Shown: piece by piece, positions 58,186 to 64,000 of the stretch
How positions within the stretch are numbered: the stretch's first letter is position 1
Layout: each line of letters begins with the position of its first letter
Made by a program: the position numbers and the translations under genes
NCBI GenBank assembly: GCA_038064435.1
Contig: JBBTTC010000004.1
Location: 3,615 to 67,614, forward strand
Direction: 5' to 3'
DNA length: 64,000 nucleotides
DNA from: Patescibacteria group bacterium
GTDB lineage: Bacteria > Patescibacteriota > Minisyncoccia > Phycocordibacterales > JACOZG01
Notes under the pieces: model-generated
Told to the model about the DNA's origin: nothing
The model's input: only the letters and a program-made list of their open reading frames with translations
The model's database searches: none

Positions 58186-58851
58186 TTAATTTTGAGCGCG
58201 ATCAAAAACTTCCCCCTTATAAATCCAGACCTTAATACCAATCACACCGTAAGACAAGTACGCCTCCTCGCGAGCAAAATCAACGTCGGCCCGCAAGGTT
58301 TGTAGTGGCAATCGACCAATCTTGAGCGTCTCTCGTCGACCAATTTCGGCCCCACCTAAACGGCCCGAGATGTCGATCCGTACTCCCTGCACCTCTTTGT
58401 TGGCCATCACTTTGTCGGCCATTTGCTTCATTATCCGCCGGAAGTGCAAACGTTTTTCCAAACCCTCAGCGATCATGTAGGCTACAATTGCCGCATGGGC
58501 CTCGGGTTGCCGGACTTCTTCGATGTCGAGATGTAATTCGCCCGGCAAAACCAAATTCTGACGCTGGGCCAATTTAACAATTTCTTGCTTGAGCTTGATT
58601 GATCCCTCACCACTCCGGCCAATCACCATACCCGGGCGAGAAGTTTTAACTATAATGCGCCACGAATTTTGCCCGCGCTCTATCTCAATAGCGTTAATAT
58701 AAAAACCACGCAAACGTTTTTTTAAAAACTGGCGAATCAAAACATCGGCTCGTAAAAAACTACGATACTTATCACGCACACCAAACCAGCGCGACCGCCA
58801 ATCACGGATCAAGCCAAGACGATGAGAATAAGGATGGACTTTGTGCGTCAT
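58186..58851 (-). CDS. rpsC: 30S ribosomal protein S3
   Basis: KVHP...RLG, RPGMVIG, GRLGGAEI, PLQTLRAD. Confidence 0.97.
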   Translation of the reverse strand: MTHKVHPYSHRLGLIRDWRSRWFGVRDKYRSFLRADVLIRQFLKKRLRGFYINAIEIERGQNSWRIIVKTSRPGMVIGRSGEGSIKLKQEIVKLAQRQNLVLPGELHLDIEEVRQPEAHAAIVAYMIAEGLEKRLHFRRIMKQMADKVMANKEVQGVRIDISGRLGGAEIGRRETLKIGRLPLQTLRADVDFAREEAYLSYGVIGIKVWIYKGEVFDRAQN

Positions 58852-58852
58852 A

Positions 58853-59179
58853 TTATTTAGTCGGCCGTGGGCCAAGCTCCACCACCACTCGACTCAAGCG
58901 GCGCCGAAGTGGGAAAGCCCGCCCACGCGCTCCGGGACGAAAGCGCCGCATCACCAGACCCTTATCAACACGAATGTTTTTGACATACAGGTCACCGTCC
59001 ACCGCGGCGGACGCGGCGGCGGCGGCCGACTTGATCGCTGTGGCCAGCGGTCCCGCCGCGCGTTTACCCAAAAACTTCAGTTGAGCTAAAGCTGTGGCCA
59101 CCGACTGACCACGCACCAGATTAGCCACTAGGCGAACCTTGCGTGGCGATTGATGATAACTGGCTAAAGTGGCTTTCAT
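58853..59179 (-). CDS. rplV: 50S ribosomal protein L22
   Basis: SPRKVRLVANLVRG, PGARGRA. Confidence 0.96.
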   Translation of the reverse strand: MKATLASYHQSPRKVRLVANLVRGQSVATALAQLKFLGKRAAGPLATAIKSAAAAASAAVDGDLYVKNIRVDKGLVMRRFRPGARGRAFPLRRRLSRVVVELGPRPTK

Positions 59180-59181
59180 GT

Positions 59182-59541
59182 TTATTTACTATCCGCACCA
59201 ACCTTCTTTTCCGCCACCACGTCTTTGGCGGCCTTAGCGGCGGCAATCTCGGCCTCCTTCTTTTTCATCTCCAACTCCTTTTGCATTTTACCGCCATGAC
59301 GTAGGAACTTGCGCGTCGGCGCAAATTCGCCCAAACGATGCCCGACCATCTCTTCCGCCACCAATACCGGCAAGTGAGCTCGGCCATTATGCACGCCAAA
59401 GGTAAAACCAACCATCTCGGGTGTGATCTGGCTAGCGCGCGACCAAGTGTTTAGCACCCCCACTTGATCCGGTTTGCGACCGTGAATCTTTTTTAGCAGT
59501 TTGGGATGAGTAAACGGCCCCTTGTGTAGTGAACGAGTCAT
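59182..59541 (-). CDS. rpsS: 30S ribosomal protein S19 with C-terminal extension
   Basis: [23 protein letters not shown]. Confidence 0.97.
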   Translation of the reverse strand: MTRSLHKGPFTHPKLLKKIHGRKPDQVGVLNTWSRASQITPEMVGFTFGVHNGRAHLPVLVAEEMVGHRLGEFAPTRKFLRHGGKMQKELEMKKKEAEIAAAKAAKDVVAEKKVGADSK

Positions 59542-59592
59542 AAATTAGAGTCGGCGCTAATACTAAGTAAACCAGACAATACTGTCAAACCA

Positions 59593-60435
59593 CTAGGCGC
59601 GGCGGCGGCTCTGGCGCCGCGAAACAACAAACACCTGTGAATATTTCTTAACCGGGCGAGTTTTGCGACCACCAGTAACCTTGCCCCACAGGGTCTTGGG
59701 TCGCCGCGTACCACGACCTTGTCGACCCTCACCGCCACCATAGGGATGATCGACCGGATTCATGGCTGAACCACGCACCGTGGGTCTTACACCCAACCAT
59801 CGTGAGCGGCCAGCCTTACCCAATTTAATCAGTTTGTTGCTGTCGTTGGACACGGCACCAATACTGGCCCAAGCATTTTCATTAATTCTTCGCACTTCAG
59901 TTGAAGGCAACTTCACATTAGTGTAACCAGAATCATTTGATAGCACTTCAGCAAAATTGCCCGCTGACCGTACCAGTTTGGCCCCGCCCCGAGGCTGAAT
60001 TTCTATATTATAAACAAAGCTACCAACTGGAATCTTTTTGAGTGGCAAACGATTGCCCGGACGAATATCGGCCGACTCGGCCACCAACACCTTGGAGCCC
60101 GGCGGAAGGTCAGCCGGAGCCAAAACATAGCGCCGCTCACCGTCGGCGTAACACAATCGAGCGATAAAACCCGAGCGATTGGGGTCATATTCCGTGGTCT
60201 CCACTACCGCCGGGATATTAATTTTGTTGTAATACCAGTCAATCGTTCGAAAACGACGCTTGTGGCCACCACCTTTATGGCGAACGGTAATTCGCCCCGC
60301 ACGATTGCGACCAACGCCGCGTTTAAAACCGCTAGTTAAAGACCGAAGCGGCTGCACCCCGGGGGTTAAATGCTCCCGGTAAGGTATGGTGACGGTGTGG
60401 CGTGTAGATGGAGTGCGTGGTCGACGAGTTTTCAT
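59593..60435 (-). CDS. rplB: 50S ribosomal protein L2
   Basis: EYDPNRS, RPTVRGSAMNPVDHP.GGGEG. Confidence 0.98.
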   Translation of the reverse strand: MKTRRPRTPSTRHTVTIPYREHLTPGVQPLRSLTSGFKRGVGRNRAGRITVRHKGGGHKRRFRTIDWYYNKINIPAVVETTEYDPNRSGFIARLCYADGERRYVLAPADLPPGSKVLVAESADIRPGNRLPLKKIPVGSFVYNIEIQPRGGAKLVRSAGNFAEVLSNDSGYTNVKLPSTEVRRINENAWASIGAVSNDSNKLIKLGKAGRSRWLGVRPTVRGSAMNPVDHPYGGGEGRQGRGTRRPKTLWGKVTGGRKTRPVKKYSQVFVVSRRQSRRRA

Positions 60436-60698
60436 AAATCAATTTTCTGGCCGGCAGGCAAATAAACTAAAGCCTTTTTGAAACCCGGACGCCGGCCCCA
60501 ATGGCCGCGCACTCGACGACGCTTAGAGGGGGCGTTGATGATATTGATTCGGAGCGGCGTTACCGAGTAGGTCTTTTTGACTGTTTTGGCAACATCCGCT
60601 TTGGTGGCCCGCAGACTAACAACAAAAGTATAAACGCCACGCGCCGTTAGCCCGGAAGATTTTTCAGTTTGTCGGGATTTAATAATTAACTCAGTCAT
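60432..60698 (-). CDS. rplW: 50S ribosomal protein L23
   Basis: TEKS, YTFVV, KKALV.L. Confidence 0.94.
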   Translation of the reverse strand: MTELIIKSRQTEKSSGLTARGVYTFVVSLRATKADVAKTVKKTYSVTPLRINIINAPSKRRRVRGHWGRRPGFKKALVYLPAGQKIDL

Positions 60699-61357
60699 GA
60701 TAAACGCTTGGTTAAAACCTCCAAACTAGCCAACGGTTCAGTTACCACTAAATATTTATAAGTTATGAGATCACTCGGATTAACCTGACGTGTTTCCTGC
60801 ATGAGAACAGAAGAAAAATTACGAAAACTCTGACGAGTGGCCGTTGCCACCGTGGGCATGGCGATCAGCGCCCGCTTACCGGCCTGATAGTTAATTTTGT
60901 TAAACCCGGTAATCTTGGACCACGCCGACAAATAACCACGGGCCACCTTGGTTTTGGGGGCGGCCAAAGTTAAGTGATCAACAAACAATACTTCCCCATC
61001 GCGCCACTTTTGCGCCAAAAGAGTGCGCACAGCTTCAATCGTCATTTTTTTATTAACCGTCCGAGCATAGTTGCGCTCCTTGGTTGGACCATGAGTCGCG
61101 CCACCACCACGCCAAATGGGCGAACGAATCGAGCCATGACGTGCCCGACCAGTGCCCTTTTGCCGCCACGGCTTTTTGCCCCCGCCAGCCACCTCACCTC
61201 GACCCTTGGTGTGGGCCGTGCCGCGGCGGTGAGAAGTTTTTTCAGCCATAATCACCTGATGTACTAGGTCGGGCTTCCACGGGGCAGAAAAAATCTCCGC
61301 CGGCAGTTTAATCTGCCCAGACTCTTGGCCCTCTTGATTGTAGACTTTAGCTTCCAT
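60695..61357 (-). CDS. rplD: 50S ribosomal protein L4
   Basis: KPWRQKGTGRARHGSIRSP. Confidence 0.97.
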   Translation of the reverse strand: MEAKVYNQEGQESGQIKLPAEIFSAPWKPDLVHQVIMAEKTSHRRGTAHTKGRGEVAGGGKKPWRQKGTGRARHGSIRSPIWRGGGATHGPTKERNYARTVNKKMTIEAVRTLLAQKWRDGEVLFVDHLTLAAPKTKVARGYLSAWSKITGFNKINYQAGKRALIAMPTVATATRQSFRNFSSVLMQETRQVNPSDLITYKYLVVTEPLASLEVLTKRLS

Positions 61358-61772
61358 ATTTAATCTCCAGCTTACCGCCACGGCGACCAGGTACAGCGCC
61401 ACGGAGCAAAAGCTCGCCACGCACCGGATCAACCACCAACACCGTCAAATTGCGCACCGTCACTCGCTGGCCGCCCATGCGGCCGGCCATGCGCATACCT
61501 TTCGGCACGCGAGTGCGTAAACCGCCGCCGATACTACCCGGCTCGCGCTCGGAATGCTTTTGCCCGTGGGTACGCGGACCACCAGCAAAGCCGTGCCGCT
61601 TAACCACGCCCTGAAAACCCTTGCCCTTGGAAATGCCGCGGACGGCCACCGCATCGCCCGGCGCAAACATATCGGCGGCCACTTCGCCACCCACAATCGT
61701 CGCCGTCTCGGCCCGGCCGTCGGTACTAAAGACTCGGGTCATACCCTTTTTTATACCCACAAAGTGCTTCAT
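61347..61772 (-). CDS. rplC: 50S ribosomal protein L3, internally shortened (141 aa)
   Basis: G.KKGMTRVF, SKGKGFQGVVKRH, GP.THG, RMAGRMG, GAVPG. Confidence 0.93.
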   Translation of the reverse strand: MKHFVGIKKGMTRVFSTDGRAETATIVGGEVAADMFAPGDAVAVRGISKGKGFQGVVKRHGFAGGPRTHGQKHSEREPGSIGGGLRTRVPKGMRMAGRMGGQRVTVRNLTVLVVDPVRGELLLRGAVPGRRGGKLEIKYGS

Positions 61773-61773
61773 G

Positions 61774-62121
61774 TTACATCATCTTGACATCAATATTAAC
61801 TGCCGACGGCAAATTAATATTGGTCAATTGCTCAATGATTTTGGCCGAGGGATTGAGAATGTCGATCATGCGTTTGTGTACGCGCATCTCAAACTGCTCC
61901 CGAGCATTCTTGTGCACAAACGAACTACGATTAACTGTGTACTTTTTGATCTCGGTAGGTAGAGGCACCGGACCGCGAATTTGGGCATCGTAACGATTAG
62001 CCGTATCAACAATTTGTTTGATACTAGCGTCGAGAATCTTGTGCTCGTAAGCCGAGACCCGAATACGAATTTTCTGTAAATCGGTCAGGTCTTTGGTCGG
62101 TTTGGCAACCTTCTTGGCCAT
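61774..62121 (-). CDS. rpsJ: 30S ribosomal protein S10
   Basis: KIRIR..AY, GPVPLPT, REQFEMRVHKR. Confidence 0.98.
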   Translation of the reverse strand: MAKKVAKPTKDLTDLQKIRIRVSAYEHKILDASIKQIVDTANRYDAQIRGPVPLPTEIKKYTVNRSSFVHKNAREQFEMRVHKRMIDILNPSAKIIEQLTNINLPSAVNIDVKMM

Positions 62122-62147
62122 GGTCTCGGTTAATTAAAAACTTCTTA

Positions 62148-63341
62148 TTAAGCAATAATCTTGGTCACCACACCAGCACCAACCGTCTTGCCACCTTCAC
62201 GAATAGCAAAGCGTTGCTTTTCTTCCAGCGCCACTGGCGCCAGCAGTTTAACGGTGAAAGTGATAGTGTCCCCCGGCATCACCATTTTCACATTCTCCGG
62301 TAGGGTCACCTCGCCAGTTACGTCCGTAGTACGGATATAAAACTGCGGCTTGTAGCCGGTGAAAAATGGAGTGTGGCGACCACCTTCCTCTTTCTTCAAA
62401 ATGTAAACCTCGGCAGTGAAGTCGGTGTGCGGCGTCACCGATCCGATCTTGGCCAGCACTTGGCCACGAGTAATGTCTTCCTTCTTGGTGCCACGCAAAA
62501 GAATACCGGCATTGTCACCAGCAATACCCTCATCCAACTGCTTGTTAAACATCTCAATACCGGTCACCGTGGTTTTGCTAGTAGGATGGATACCCACAAT
62601 TTCCACCTCTTCGCCCACCTTAACCTTGCCGCGCTCGACGCGGCCAGTTACCACGGTCCCTCGCCCTTCGATCGAGAAAATGTCTTCGACGGGCATCAAG
62701 AACGGCTTATCAATCTCGCGCACCGGGTCAGGAATATAAGTGTCAAGAGCGTCAGTCAAAGCCAAAACTTTCTTGGCCCATTCATCATCGGCCGTTTTAG
62801 CTTCCAGCGCCTTAAGGCCAGAGCCACGGATCACCGGGGCATTATCACCATCGTACTCGTATTTGCTAAGCAATTCTCGCACTTCGGTTTCCACCAAATC
62901 AATTAGTTCCGGGTCGTCGACCATATCTACTTTGTTGAGAAAAACCACAATCTTGGGTACGCCCACCTGCCGAGCCAAAAGAATGTGTTCGCGCGTTTGT
63001 GGCATCACGCCGTCGGTAGCCGCCACCACGATAATGGCTCCGTCCATCTGCGCGGCGCCGGTGATCATGTTTTTGATGTAATCAGCGTGACCCGGGGCGT
63101 CAATGTGAGCATAGTGCCGCTTGTCAGTCTCATACTCATTGTGCGACAGAGCAATGGTAATGCCGCGCTCGCGCTCTTCGGGCGCGTTATCAATTTCATT
63201 TACCCCCTTGAGCTTAACCTTCTTGCCCGACAAATTAAGCACATTTAAAATAGCGGCGGTCAGGGTAGTTTTGCCATGGTCAACGTGGCCAATGGTGCCA
63301 ACGTTGACGTGTGGTTTGGAACGATCAAATTTCTCTGCCAT
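62148..63341 (-). CDS. tuf: Elongation factor Tu
   Basis: [27 protein letters not shown]. Confidence 0.99.
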   Translation of the reverse strand: MAEKFDRSKPHVNVGTIGHVDHGKTTLTAAILNVLNLSGKKVKLKGVNEIDNAPEERERGITIALSHNEYETDKRHYAHIDAPGHADYIKNMITGAAQMDGAIIVVAATDGVMPQTREHILLARQVGVPKIVVFLNKVDMVDDPELIDLVETEVRELLSKYEYDGDNAPVIRGSGLKALEAKTADDEWAKKVLALTDALDTYIPDPVREIDKPFLMPVEDIFSIEGRGTVVTGRVERGKVKVGEEVEIVGIHPTSKTTVTGIEMFNKQLDEGIAGDNAGILLRGTKKEDITRGQVLAKIGSVTPHTDFTAEVYILKKEEGGRHTPFFTGYKPQFYIRTTDVTGEVTLPENVKMVMPGDTITFTVKLLAPVALEEKQRFAIREGGKTVGAGVVTKIIA

Positions 63342-63524
63342 ATTTATTTGAACTAATTTCCTTGACTAATAATTTTTTGACAATAAAAACGACGCCAAAT
63401 GCGTATGGCTAATGCTAACAGAGACCAATAACAGAGTCAAACTGCTGTAATGACTTGCTAAATCGCCACGGCCAGATAAGATAAGAAGTAGATTTACAGT
63501 ACCTTTTACTTGGGAGGACGAAGA

Positions 63525-64000
63525 ATGAATATCGGTATTATTGGTTACGGCGTGGTGGGTGGAACCACTGGCCAAGTCTTTGAGCGTGTACATGAAGTCT
63601 GGCCGTATGACAAATACAAAGAACCCTACTGCGCTCGCGAACACCTGCTAACTCTAGCGCGTCAAGCTGAAGTAGTTTTTATCTGTGTGGACACACCGAT
63701 GAAGAGATCGGGGCAGATTGATTGTTCGTCAATCCGCAATTCACTGGATGATCTGGAAGAAGCCTTGCGCGAAATCGGCCGTGACCCAAGCGAAGTGCTG
63801 GTAGTTATTCGCTCAACGGCCGTTTCCGGCACAGCAGAAGGTTTGGCCGAGGACTACCCCTTTCGCATTGCCGTCAATCCCGAATTTTTGACGGAACGTA
63901 ATGCTCTAGCCGACATGCAAAACACCAAGTACGTGGTGATCGGTACAAACGAACCACAGAGTGCCGACACTCTACGTCGCATCTATTTGGCTGTTTTTCC
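63525..64000 (+). CDS. UDP-glucose/GDP-mannose dehydrogenase family protein (runs off the window end)
   Basis: MNIGIIGYGVVG Rossmann motif, FICVDTP, IRST, NPEFLTE; GGGAGG SD sequence. Confidence 0.85.
   Translation, partial: MNIGIIGYGVVGGTTGQVFERVHEVWPYDKYKEPYCAREHLLTLARQAEVVFICVDTPMKRSGQIDCSSIRNSLDDLEEALREIGRDPSEVLVVIRSTAVSGTAEGLAEDYPFRIAVNPEFLTERNALADMQNTKYVVIGTNEPQSADTLRRIYLAVF

Noticed and set aside
60446-60462. CTGCCGGCCAG near the end of rplW as another palindromic insertion
   Set aside because: It encodes the ordinary L..GQ.I C-terminus of L23.
63366-63644. 92-aa minus-strand ORF upstream of tuf
   Set aside because: It overlaps the better-supported plus-strand dehydrogenase starting at 63525 and has no recognisable motifs.

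Overview
This window looks like chromosome from a Patescibacteria/CPR (Parcubacteria-like) bacterium. That assignment is inferred from the missing L30 in the spc operon, the tRNA-Ile(UAU), a full type IV pilus locus with no secretin, and many apparently leaderless genes. Housekeeping content: gatCA, ligA, the pilMNO-pilB-pilT-pilC-pilin-pilD-comF locus, recG, ftsH, smpB/tmRNA, infC-rpmI-rplT, ndk, map, adk, secY, the S10/spc r-protein cluster, tuf and five tRNAs. Accessory content: two type II toxin-antitoxin pairs, a RAYT transposase with its own REP hairpins, a copper P1B-ATPase cluster, and secreted Ig/kelch proteins. The most unusual signals are: (1) a ~170-bp structured element directly behind both tRNA-Ser and tmRNA, each copy carrying an exact split antisense copy of its own RNA's T-arm/acceptor end; (2) a stand-alone GIY-YIG nuclease flanked by tRNA-Ile fragments fused to a TCCGCC-N-GGCGGA palindrome that is also scattered through the window, including in frame inside genes; (3) a nuclease-like gene with a convergent small structured RNA inserted in the spc operon; (4) a possible leader-peptide attenuator heading the copper operon; (5) an internally deleted L3 and no L29 at its usual position. 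All product calls come from motif recognition by eye, not from database searches.
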